In this document: positions 1-8,283 of the stretch, piece after piece | How the letters are laid out: each line of letters opens with the position of its first letter | How positions within the stretch are numbered: the stretch's first letter is position 1 | Assembly: GCA_965262725.1 (NCBI GenBank) | Contig: OZ253555.1 | Coordinates: 2,624,001 to 2,688,000 of the forward strand | Length of the DNA stretch: 64,000 nucleotides | DNA from: Dehalococcoidia bacterium | GTDB taxonomy: Bacteria; Chloroflexota; Dehalococcoidia; UBA2979 | Reading direction: 5' to 3' | Program-made: the position numbers and the translations under genes | The notes under the pieces: generated by a model | What the model saw: only the letters and a program-made list of their open reading frames with translations | Told to the model about the DNA's origin: nothing | Database searches by the model: none

Positions 1-1
1 C

Positions 2-1618
2 CTGAACACCGCCGAGCTCGCCGGCCTCTGGCACCTGCCCGACCAGGCGGGCGCCCCGGCCGGGATCCGCCGTACCACCGCGCAGCGGCTCCCGCCGGTG
101 CCCGGCCACGCGGCGCGCGGCGCGCGCGTCGGCGCCTCAGATGCGGACGGCGGCGTCGCTCCCGTCCACCTGCCCGCGCCGCTCCTGCACCGCAACCAGC
201 TCATCGTCGCGAAGACGCGACGCGGCAAGTCGACGCTGCTCAGGCACCTCGCCGCCCGGGTGATGGAGGGGGCAGCCGGGGGCTCGGACGGGACGGCGCT
301 GGTGGTGGTCGACCCGCACCAGGACCTCGCCGAGGCGGTGCTGGACGCCGTGCCGTCGGACCTCGAGGACCGCACGACCTACCTCGACTTTGCGAACCTG
401 GAGCGGCCGGTCGGCCTCAACCTGCTCGACGTCTCGCTCTTCCCGGACCGCGACCGGACGACCGAGCACATCGTCACGATGATGAACCGCCTCTGGCCGG
501 ACAACTGGGGGCCGCGCATGGAGGGCGCGCTGCGGGCCTCGCTGCTGGCGCTGCTCGACGCGAACCGCCACTACGAGCGCGAGGCGCAGTTCACGCTGCT
601 CGACGTCGCGCCGATGCTCACCGACCGGGAGCTGCGCGAGCGCGTGCTCGACCAGGTGCAGGACCCGGCGGTGCGCGCCTGGTGGCGCGACAACTACGAC
701 CGCGCGGGGCGCGTGCTGCAGCAGCAGACCGCGAACCCCGTCACCTCGAAGATCGGCCGTTTCACGGTCACCGAGGCATCGCGCCTGGTCTTCGGGCAGG
801 CGCGCTCCACCTTCGATCCGCGCGCGATCGTGCGTGACGGCGGCGTGCTCGTCGTCAACACCGCCGTCGGCGCGCTCGGCGAGGGCGCCGCCTCGCTCGT
901 CGGCGCGACGCTGCTCAACCTGCTCGGCCTCCTGATCGAGGAGCAGGTGGCGCTGCCGCCTCAGCACCGGCGGAAGGTGATCGGGCTCATCGACGAGTCG
1001 AGCACGCTCGGCGCCGTCGACTACACGCGCATGCTCTCCGAGCTCGGCAAGTACGGCGCGAGCTTCGTGCTGGTCACGCAGTCGCTCGCGAAGCTCGACG
1101 CCATCGACCGCAACCTCGCCCCGACGATCTTCGCCAACTCCGACGGCCTCACCGTCTTCGGGGTGAGCGCCGAGGATGCCCGCCGGCTCACGCCGGAGCT
1201 GGGAGGCGCGATCGAGGTCCCCGACCTGGTCTCGCTCGACGACTTCACCTGCTACGCGCGCTGGTGGGACGGCCGCACCCGCCCGCCGGCCTTCTCGTTC
1301 CGGGTGGACCCGCCGCCGCCGACCGTCCCGGGACGGGCCCGGGCGATCGCGGCGAGCTCCGCCGAGCGCGTCGGCCGGCCGCGCGAGCAGGTGGTCGAGG
1401 AGATCACGCGGGCGCTCTGGGAGCGCTCGCCGTCACAGGCAGCGGGCCGCCGAGAACGGAAGTCTCAGGAGGAGGTGGCCGGGGCAGGGCCGGGGAGTGC
1501 CGCCGGGACGAGCGGCGCTGACGCGAAGTCAGCGAGCGGAGCGGAGCGGCCCGAGAGTCGGAGGGCCGCGAGGCCGCCGAGCCGCGGCAACGGTCACCGA
1601 GGCCACCATGCGCGATGA
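2..1618 (+). CDS. VirD4/TraG-like type IV secretion coupling ATPase (5' end outside window)
   Basis: Frame open from base 2 (LNTAELAGLWHLP); Walker A-like AKTRRGKST, VVDPHQD, WGPRME, Walker B LIDES, LVTQSLAKL. Confidence 0.8.
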   Translation: MNTAELAGLWHLPDQAGAPAGIRRTTAQRLPPVPGHAARGARVGASDADGGVAPVHLPAPLLHRNQLIVAKTRRGKSTLLRHLAARVMEGAAGGSDGTALVVVDPHQDLAEAVLDAVPSDLEDRTTYLDFANLERPVGLNLLDVSLFPDRDRTTEHIVTMMNRLWPDNWGPRMEGALRASLLALLDANRHYEREAQFTLLDVAPMLTDRELRERVLDQVQDPAVRAWWRDNYDRAGRVLQQQTANPVTSKIGRFTVTEASRLVFGQARSTFDPRAIVRDGGVLVVNTAVGALGEGAASLVGATLLNLLGLLIEEQVALPPQHRRKVIGLIDESSTLGAVDYTRMLSELGKYGASFVLVTQSLAKLDAIDRNLAPTIFANSDGLTVFGVSAEDARRLTPELGGAIEVPDLVSLDDFTCYARWWDGRTRPPAFSFRVDPPPPTVPGRARAIAASSAERVGRPREQVVEEITRALWERSPSQAAGRRERKSQEEVAGAGPGSAAGTSGADAKSASGAERPESRRAARPPSRGNGHRGHHAR

Positions 1619-3545
1619 AGCGGCGCGTCTCGCGCGGTCCCTGGAGTGGATCGCACGGCTCCCGCTCTGCGGCGAGCCGGAACTGGCCGGGCTGCTCGGC
1701 GTGGACGAGCATGACGCCCGCCGGCTCATCCACCTGCTTGCCGCGCAGGGGTGGGTCGAGACCGTCGCGGCCGCCTCGCCGGAGCTGGAACCGCGGCGAC
1801 TCGCCGTCCTGCGGGACGAGGCGGTGCCGGCCCTGGCGGCCGCCTGCGGACGGGATCTCGCCTCGCTCGCGGGCGCCGTCCCGGTCCGCCCGCGCGATCT
1901 CTCAAGCCGGGTGGCCCGCCTTGAGATCACCGCCTGCCTGAATCGCTTCGCCGCCGACCTCGCCGACGATCTCGAGAGCTCGGGTATCGCTCAACTCGCC
2001 GACGCGCGGTCGCTCCCGCTCGCCCTGCCCCGGGCCGGGCGCTGGTGGCTCCCGGACGTAGATGCATACGGCTGCCTTCGCTCGGGTCCGATCCACGCGC
2101 CGTTCCTGGTGGCATGGGACCGCGCGGCGGCGCCGGACGTCCATCGCCGCAGGAGGCTGGCCGGGTGGTTCGCGGCGAGCGCCCGTGTCGACCGGCTCTG
2201 GGGTACCGAAGGACTCCCCCCCGTGCTCGTGATCTGCCCCTCCGCCCGGGAGTGGCGGGTGTGGAAGGAAGCGCTGGCGAAGCGGGACGGCGTAGGGCCC
2301 GGGTCTCCGGACCTGCTCTTCACCACCCGCGAGGAGCTGCGCGCAGCCGGCGCGGGTGACGCGCGGTGGTGGCGGCCCGACCGCGCGCCGGCGCCGCTCG
2401 TCGAGCAGGTCGGATGGGGGGAGGCGCCGACCCTGGACGCGCTCCGGACCGAACGGGCGCTTGACGACTGCACGCCTCCGCCCCGCCGCGCCGGCACATC
2501 GCATGGCAGGCGCGCGTTCGATCAGGCGACGAGCGGGCAGGTGGGACCGGACCGGCAACGTCTTGCCGGCCTCGCGCTCGCGACAAGCCCCGCCGAGAAG
2601 ACCCTCACCGAGTGGGTGGCGCGGCACCCGCTCATGGGCGCCGCCGAGCTCGCGGCGCTTACCCGCGAACCTGCGGGACTGATCACGCGCCGCCTGGAGC
2701 GACTCACTCGGTGCGGCGCGATCGATGCCGACGCTGAACCGCGGGAGAGAGCCGGAGCCCGCCAGGTGAACGACGTCGACGAGCCCCGCTACCTGCTGAC
2801 GGAACTGGGGATGCGATCGATCGCCGCTCGGGCCGGCGTGCCTCCGGCCATCTTCGCGCGGCACGGGGGAGTGACGTTCGTCTCCGCGCAGCCGTCACCC
2901 AGTCGGCAAGTCGTCCGGCACCGCGAGCACACGCTCGGCGTGAACCGCTTCGCCGCTCGCCTGGCCCTCGATGCCCGGGCCGCGGGCTGGCGCCTCGCGG
3001 AATGGCGAAACGAGGCGGAGTCGACGCATCGCTTCGTGGCGGAGGACGGGCGGATCGCCTGGATCCGTCCAGACGCTTCGGGCGTGCTCGCGCGTGGCGG
3101 GGACGCGCGACCGTTCCTCCTCGAGTACGACCGCGGAACGCTCGACTCGGGCGACTACCGCGCGAAGTTCGAGGGGTACCGGCGGTACTACGCCGCCGCG
3201 GAGTGGGAAGACCACTTCCCCCGCGAGCCCGCGTTGCTCTTCGTCTGCAGCGACCACCGCGCGGAAGCCCGCGTCAGGCGAGTTGTGAACGAGTGGACGG
3301 GCCAGGCATACGTGCTCGTGACGACGGAAATGGCGAACCGGGTGACGGGCACGACACATGTGTGCTTGGTCGGCGCGGAAGGCGGACGCACCAGGGCGGC
3401 GCAGGCGATCGCCGGGGCTGGTCATCAGCCGGACGCGGCGAACAGGGACGGACGGCCGGGGGACCGATCTGCAAGACGAACGAGACATCCTGAGGTTCCC
3501 AACGTGGCGGTTCACGGGCGGTCTCGCGATGGGGCCGGCGCGTGA
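1608..3545 (+). CDS. Replication-relaxation family protein (Replic_Relax/MOBC-like), two tandem wHTH+PD-(D/E)xK modules
   Basis: ATG 1608 overlaps the upstream stop region; C-terminal module HTLGVN...IRPDASG...FLLEYDRGT...KFEGY; N-terminal module PDVDAYG...FLVAWDR. Confidence 0.75.
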   Translation: MRDEAARLARSLEWIARLPLCGEPELAGLLGVDEHDARRLIHLLAAQGWVETVAAASPELEPRRLAVLRDEAVPALAAACGRDLASLAGAVPVRPRDLSSRVARLEITACLNRFAADLADDLESSGIAQLADARSLPLALPRAGRWWLPDVDAYGCLRSGPIHAPFLVAWDRAAAPDVHRRRRLAGWFAASARVDRLWGTEGLPPVLVICPSAREWRVWKEALAKRDGVGPGSPDLLFTTREELRAAGAGDARWWRPDRAPAPLVEQVGWGEAPTLDALRTERALDDCTPPPRRAGTSHGRRAFDQATSGQVGPDRQRLAGLALATSPAEKTLTEWVARHPLMGAAELAALTREPAGLITRRLERLTRCGAIDADAEPRERAGARQVNDVDEPRYLLTELGMRSIAARAGVPPAIFARHGGVTFVSAQPSPSRQVVRHREHTLGVNRFAARLALDARAAGWRLAEWRNEAESTHRFVAEDGRIAWIRPDASGVLARGGDARPFLLEYDRGTLDSGDYRAKFEGYRRYYAAAEWEDHFPREPALLFVCSDHRAEARVRRVVNEWTGQAYVLVTTEMANRVTGTTHVCLVGAEGGRTRAAQAIAGAGHQPDAANRDGRPGDRSARRTRHPEVPNVAVHGRSRDGAGA

Positions 3546-3618
3546 ACCAATCCAGAGAAGGCCGGATGGCCCAGTTCGGCTTCGCGCACCGCGCGGGGTC
3601 GCTCGCCGGAGGTGACGG

Positions 3619-3828
3619 ATGAACGATGGCCCAATGCTGCTGACCGTCCCCGAGACCGCGAGGCTGCTCCGAATCTCGCGCAATCTCGCCTACGAGCTGG
3701 TGGCGCGCGGAGAACTGCCGGCCGTCAGGCTCGGCAGGGTGATCCGGATACCGAGGAGCGAACTCGACGACTGGCTGGAGAGGTCGGTTGCGAAGCCTGA
3801 GCGACCCGTAACAGCACTAAAGTTCTGA
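3619..3828 (+). CDS. Excisionase-family helix-turn-helix DNA-binding protein
   Basis: LLTVPETARLLRISRNLAYELVARGELPAVRLGRVIRIP is a typical HTH_17/Xis sequence; GGAGG RBS; next to integrase. Confidence 0.9.
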   Translation: MNDGPMLLTVPETARLLRISRNLAYELVARGELPAVRLGRVIRIPRSELDDWLERSVAKPERPVTALKF

Positions 3829-3919
3829 TACGATGCCCCTGGAGTGGCGGGAGCGGTCGGGGCAGAGAGGACGCGACAGAGAGCGCGCGCGCCCGAACGC
3901 GAGACCGCGGAGGCGACTG

Positions 3920-5071
3920 ATGGCGAGACGCGACTACGGCTCGGGCTCAATTGAGCAGCGCTCCAGGCGCAGCTGGCGGGTCACCGTCGCGCTGCCGCGC
4001 GATGCTGGCACCGGCAGGCGACGGCGCCGCCGGTTCTCGGTCGAGGGCACCAAGCGCGACGCGCAGCGCGCTCTCCGAGAGGCGCTGGGCGAGCGCGATC
4101 ACGGCGGCGTGGACCCGAGCCAGATCACGGTCGGCGAGTGGCTGGCGCTGTGGCTCGACCGGCGCACGGTCGATCAGGCGATCGGCCCGCGCGTTGCCGA
4201 GAACTACCGCACGATCGTCAGGCTCCACCTGGCTCCCGCAATCGGGAGCCTGCGCCTCCAGGAACTCCGTCCCGACCACATTCTCGACCTGAAGGACGGC
4301 CTGTCGAAGTCACGAGCGCCCGCGACGGTCAGGAAGATCCTGGGTCTGCTCCGCCAGGCTCTCGAGGCCGCCGTCGCCGGGCAGCTGCTCGTCCGCAACC
4401 CGGCCTCCGCTGTACCGGGCCCGTCGCTGGCGGGGAGAATGCGCGAACGCCGCGCGCTGGATGAGAGCGAGATCGCGAAGCTGCTCGGGGCCGTCCAGGA
4501 CACAGACGACGACGTCCCGATCCGCTTCGCGCTCGCCACCGGCGCGCGGCAGGCGGAGTTGCTCGGTGCGACATGGGCATCGATCGACCTGGAACGCGCG
4601 AGCTTTCTCGTGCGGCAGACACTGCAGAACGTCGCCGGTGAGTTCCGCTTGCTGCCCCCGAAGACGCGCAACTCTCGCCGTACCATCGAACTCTCGGGCG
4701 CAACCGTGGCCCTGCTGCGTCAACATCGCGCCGAACAAAACGCCGTGCGGCTTCGGCTGGGTGCCGCCTGGGAGAACCATGATCTCGTGTTCCCCGACCC
4801 GTCTGGCCGGTACCAGCACCGACAGGCCTTCTATACCGGCTTTCGCCGCCTGCTCCGTTCGAGCGGGATCGATGACCCCGATACGGTGAACTTCCACTCG
4901 CTGCGCCACACGGCGGCGAGCCAGTGGATCAAGGCTGGCGTCGACCTGCTGACGGTCTCGCGACGGCTTGGCCACGGCTCTGCGGCGTTCACCATGGATG
5001 TCTACGGGCATCTCCTGAGTGGGCAGCAGAGCGCCGCGGCGACTGCGCTCGACCATCTGATCGCGAAGTAA
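3920..5071 (+). CDS. Tyrosine recombinase/integrase
   Basis: N-terminal GSGSIEQR arm-binding motif; catalytic R (TGARQAEL), K (PKTRNS), HSLRH, LGH, Y (DVYGH); GGAGG RBS. Confidence 0.95.
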   Translation: MARRDYGSGSIEQRSRRSWRVTVALPRDAGTGRRRRRRFSVEGTKRDAQRALREALGERDHGGVDPSQITVGEWLALWLDRRTVDQAIGPRVAENYRTIVRLHLAPAIGSLRLQELRPDHILDLKDGLSKSRAPATVRKILGLLRQALEAAVAGQLLVRNPASAVPGPSLAGRMRERRALDESEIAKLLGAVQDTDDDVPIRFALATGARQAELLGATWASIDLERASFLVRQTLQNVAGEFRLLPPKTRNSRRTIELSGATVALLRQHRAEQNAVRLRLGAAWENHDLVFPDPSGRYQHRQAFYTGFRRLLRSSGIDDPDTVNFHSLRHTAASQWIKAGVDLLTVSRRLGHGSAAFTMDVYGHLLSGQQSAAATALDHLIAK

Positions 5072-5309
5072 CGGGACCACCAGCGCTGTGTCGGCGTCGA
5101 TGAGCAGCGCATGCACACGGTGCCGATGGAGCAGCTCTTCAGCGACGCCGATAGTGACATGGGAGCCATCGGTGATCACGTGGACGCGTACTACAGAACT
5201 CACGCCATGGAGATCGTGCGGGATGTCGCACCGGCCCGCGCTGAGCTTGGATGCCATGGACATCCCCGAAGTTCCAGACTTCGACTTCACCGAGGCGCCC
5301 GTGCCATGA
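5072..5309 (+). pseudogene. Probable frameshifted 3' remnant of an unknown gene
   Basis: Coding-like text switches frame (…EIVRDVAP / ALSLDAMDIPEVPDFDFTEAPVP*) and ends in an ATGA overlap with the hsdR-like start copy. Confidence 0.35.
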
Positions 5310-5331
5310 CGTCCCCCGCCAGGCTCAACGA
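5307..5331 (+). repeat. Direct repeat copy 1, TGACGTCCCCCGCCAGGCTCAACGA (encodes MTSPARLNE)
   Basis: 24/25 identical to 6032-6056. Confidence 0.9.
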
Positions 5332-5353
5332 GCGCGAGGCGTAGGATAGCCAC

Positions 5354-5653
5354 ATGGGCCGCATGACTCGCGACGAGGTCATCGACACGCTGCGGGAGCA
5401 CCGCGAGATGCTCGCCGAGCGCTTCGGCGTGCGGAGCCTCGCGTTGTTCGGCTCGTACGCGCGAGGTACGGCCATCGACACGAGCGACGTCGATATCCTC
5501 GCCGAGTTCGACTCGGCCCCGGACTGGCGGCAGTACTTCGGCGCGCAAGCCTACCTCGAAGAGATCCTGGGGCGGCCGGTTGACCTCGCGATGATCGGTG
5601 AGGTCCGGGAGGAGCTTCGCGGCTACGTGGAGAAGGACGCCATCAGTGTCTGA
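5354..5653 (+). CDS. Minimal nucleotidyltransferase (MNT) antitoxin
   Basis: LFGSYARG...SDVDIL (GSx10DxD) motif, 99 aa; TAGGAT 6 nt before ATG. Confidence 0.9.
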   Translation: MGRMTRDEVIDTLREHREMLAERFGVRSLALFGSYARGTAIDTSDVDILAEFDSAPDWRQYFGAQAYLEEILGRPVDLAMIGEVREELRGYVEKDAISV

Positions 5654-6026
5654 TCTGCCGGGCGAGAGCCGGGAGTGGCGCTTCTACATCGGAGACATGC
5701 TGGAGTTCGCCGAGAAGGCGCTCGCCTACACGGAAGGCCTCGATCAAGCCGCCTTCGTTGCCGACGAGCGGACGTACGACGCCACGCTGCGCAACATCGA
5801 ACTGATCGGCGAGGCCGCAACGCACGTCCCGGCAGAGGTCCAGGAGGCGCACCCCGGCGTCCCCTGGCACGCGATCGTCGGCGCTCGCAACCGCTTGGCT
5901 CACGGCTATCTGCACATCAGCGACAGCGTGATCTGGTCTATCGTCGAAGACGCGATCCCGGCCCTGTTGCCCGAGCTGAGGAACATGCTCGGCACCGCGG
6001 CGGACCCGACCGGTCCGAGCGAGTGA
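5646..6026 (+). CDS. HEPN (DUF86/HepT-like) RNase toxin
   Basis: IGEAA and RNRLAHGY (Rx4HxY) motifs; overlaps the MNT stop. Confidence 0.9.
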   Translation: MSDLPGESREWRFYIGDMLEFAEKALAYTEGLDQAAFVADERTYDATLRNIELIGEAATHVPAEVQEAHPGVPWHAIVGARNRLAHGYLHISDSVIWSIVEDAIPALLPELRNMLGTAADPTGPSE

Positions 6027-6030
6027 TCCC

Positions 6031-6204
6031 CTGACGTCCCCCGCCAAGCTCAACGAACTCAACTTCCCCGAGAACCCCGCTCGCGAACTCCGCGAGCGGC
6101 TCGGGTGCGCGTACGTGCCGCGCGAGGAACTCGCGGCGGAGCGCGAGGGCGAGCGCGAAGTGCTGCTCACGGCGCGCCTGACCGGCGCCCTGCGACGGGC
6201 GAAT
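6031..6204 (+). pseudogene. Truncated N-terminus of a type I restriction endonuclease subunit R (HsdR-like)
   Basis: Translates as LTSPAKLNELNFPENPARELRERLGCAYVPREELAAEREGEREVLLTARLTGALRRAN, resembling HSDR_N; CTG where copy 1 has ATG; runs into tandem repeats. Confidence 0.6.
6032..6056 (+). repeat. Direct repeat copy 2, TGACGTCCCCCGCCAAGCTCAACGA
   Basis: 24/25 identical to 5307-5331. Confidence 0.9.
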
Positions 6205-6243
6205 GTCCCCAAGATGTCCCCAAATGTCCCCAAGATGTCCCCA
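6203..6243 (+). repeat. Four tandem ATGTCCCCA units; candidate integrase arm-type sites
   Basis: Copies at 6203, 6214, 6224 and 6235, about 60 bp from the tRNA 3' end. Confidence 0.75.
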
Positions 6244-6302
6244 GCAGGGGGCGGATCCGACCCCTCCGATCGCAAAAAACGCCAGATTTGAACCTGCAGT
6301 GC

Positions 6303-6378
6303 TGGTGCCCCCAGGGGGACTCGAACCCCCGTTTCCACCTTGAGAGGGTGGCGTCCTAGGCCGCTAGACCATGGGGGC
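6303..6378 (-). tRNA. tRNA-Glu(CTC)
   Basis: GCCCCCA...CCACC CTCTCAA GGTGG...GGTTCGAGTCCC...GGGGGCACCA cloverleaf with CCA. Confidence 0.97.
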
Positions 6379-6486
6379 ACGGCTCCGCTCCCCGGCGACA
6401 GCATCGGATCCTAGCTTATCGCCCCGCTCCGGGAGCGTCACCGCCCCGCGCCCCGATCCCCGCTCAGTGCGCCGGGCCGTCCGCAC

Positions 6487-7887
6487 TCAGTCCAGCGGCG
6501 GCCGCCGCGAGGTCCAGCCGGTCGCCTGCTCGTAGGCGTACGCCGTCCGGTAGACGGTCGCCTCGTCGAACGCCCGTCCGGCTACCTGCATCGAGAGCGG
6601 CAGGCCGCTCCGCGTGAAGCCGACGGGGAGTGCCAGCGCCGGGACGCCGACCACGTTGAAGGGCTGGCGCGCCTGCCGGGGATAGGTCCTGGCGATCTCC
6701 TCCGCGTCCTCGATGGGCGGGGGCGGATCCATGCTGGAGACCGTCACCGCGACGTCGAGGTCGCCCATCGCGTCGTTGAAGTGCTCGACAAGCCGCCGCC
6801 GCAGCCGCGTGGCGTGCACGTAGTCCACCGCGCGGACGAAAGCGCCGGGGAGCAGGCGCTGCCTCAGCGAGGCGCCGTAGTCGCCCGGCCGCTCCGTGAG
6901 CCACTTCTCATGAACGGCGTAGGCCTCCGACATGATGATCGTGCGGCTGCACGCGGCGTAGAGCTCGAGCGGCTCAAGCCGCAGCTCCCGCACACGCGCA
7001 CCCAGTCCCTCCAGGACGCCGACCGCATCCTCGACGGCACCCGAGACCTCCGGATCGGCCTCCATGTCGTTCGTGTAGAAATGCCGGATGACCCCGACCC
7101 GGAGCCCCCGGACGCCGGCGCGGAGGTCGGCGGCGAAGTCCGGGACCGGCGCCCGCGCGCTGCCGGGATCGCCCGGGTCGTGGCCCGCCATCGCGGTGAG
7201 CAGGAGGGCATTGTCCTCGACCGTTCGCGTGAGCGGGCCGACGGTGTCGAGGCTGAACGCCAGCGGGAGGACCCCCCGGCGGCTGACCCGCCCGTAGGTC
7301 GGCTTCATGCCGACGAGACCGCACAGGGACGCGGGCCCGCGAACCGAGCCGCCCGTGTCCGTGCCGAGCGCTGCCGGCATGAAACCGGCGGCGACCGCCG
7401 CCGCCGACCCGCTGGACGAGCCCCCGGTGAAGTGGTCGGTGTTCCACGGGTTGCGGGGCGGCGGCCAGGGCAGGTCGAACGAGGGGCCGCCGAGCGCAAA
7501 CTCGTGCGTCGCCATCTTGCCGAGCAGCACGCAGCCTGCCTCCGTCAACTTCGCCGTGACCGCAGCGTCTGCATCCGGGACGTTCCCCTGAAGGAGCCGC
7601 GAGTGCGCGGTGGTGGGAACGCCCGCGCGGTCGATGATGTCCTTGAGGCCGTACGGGATTCCGTGGAGGGTGCCCCGGTACGCGCCGGCGACGATCTCCG
7701 CCTCGGCCTCTGTTGCCGCACGCAGCGCGATCTCGCGGGTGGGGTGGATGTAGGCGTGGAGCGTGGCATCGAGAGCGTCGGAGCGCGCGTAGAGCGCCCC
7801 GACGTACTCCACCGGCGAGAGCCGCCTCTCGCGGATCAGTGACGCGGCCTCGGCGATCCCCATCCATGCGAGCTCGGTCACGCTCAC
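6487..7887 (-). CDS. Amidase signature family enzyme (GatA/AtzE-like)
   Basis: [22 protein letters not shown] catalytic Lys-Ser-Ser motifs. Confidence 0.92.
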   Translation of the reverse strand: MSVTELAWMGIAEAASLIRERRLSPVEYVGALYARSDALDATLHAYIHPTREIALRAATEAEAEIVAGAYRGTLHGIPYGLKDIIDRAGVPTTAHSRLLQGNVPDADAAVTAKLTEAGCVLLGKMATHEFALGGPSFDLPWPPPRNPWNTDHFTGGSSSGSAAAVAAGFMPAALGTDTGGSVRGPASLCGLVGMKPTYGRVSRRGVLPLAFSLDTVGPLTRTVEDNALLLTAMAGHDPGDPGSARAPVPDFAADLRAGVRGLRVGVIRHFYTNDMEADPEVSGAVEDAVGVLEGLGARVRELRLEPLELYAACSRTIIMSEAYAVHEKWLTERPGDYGASLRQRLLPGAFVRAVDYVHATRLRRRLVEHFNDAMGDLDVAVTVSSMDPPPPIEDAEEIARTYPRQARQPFNVVGVPALALPVGFTRSGLPLSMQVAGRAFDEATVYRTAYAYEQATGWTSRRPPLD

Positions 7888-8084
7888 GCCTCCTCGCGGG
7901 CGCGGAAGACGTGCGCCGGCTCCTCGGCCGCGGCGAACTCGCGCGGGAGCCCCGCGATGAGGTCTCCCATGTACCGTCCCGCCTGGACGAACTCCTCCAC
8001 CTGCTCCGGCGTCAGCCTCGTCAGGCCCGTCCGCCGGGCGAACGCCTCGATCTCCTCGCGCGTGGTCAGGTAGCCACCTGGCAT
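7884..8084 (-). CDS. Small protein, probable amidase partner (AtzG/GatC-like)
   Basis: 66 aa, MPGGYLTTREEIEAFARRTGL...EEPAHVF; 4-nt overlap with the amidase start. Confidence 0.6.
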   Translation of the reverse strand: MPGGYLTTREEIEAFARRTGLTRLTPEQVEEFVQAGRYMGDLIAGLPREFAAAEEPAHVFRAREEA

Positions 8085-8283
8085 CGATCCCCCCCTGCTC
8101 ACCCCGTCCCGGAGACTATCCGAACACGGCGGGCGCGGCCCACGCCCGGAGGGCGTGTCGGCATCTCTCGCCCTACTCCCCCGCGCGCTCGCGTCCGAAC
8201 CCGAGGGGATGGTCGCGCACTCCCCGCCGCGAGCAGTCGCGCGGGCGGTATGCTCGGCCCGTACCAGCGTCCGGAGACGATGC

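Larger units (their letters stand above)
1..6302. mobile_element. Integrative (ICE/IME-like) element, right part, at the 3' end of tRNA-Glu(CTC); other end lies outside the window
   Basis: VirD4-like ATPase, relaxase-like gene, xis, tyrosine integrase, TA cargo and tandem repeats abutting the tRNA CCA end at 6303. Confidence 0.75.

Noticed and set aside
1176-1607. N-terminal extension of the 789-aa ORF
   Set aside because: Overlaps the VirD4-like gene in another frame; the plausible start is ATG 1608
6203-6243. Tandem repeats as a CRISPR array
   Set aside because: Units are 9-11 bp with no spacers, and there are no cas genes in the window
6487-7887. Calling the amidase gatA because gltX and tRNA-Gln are in the window
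   Set aside because: No gatB adjacent, and the sequence ([16 protein letters not shown]) fits catabolic amidases
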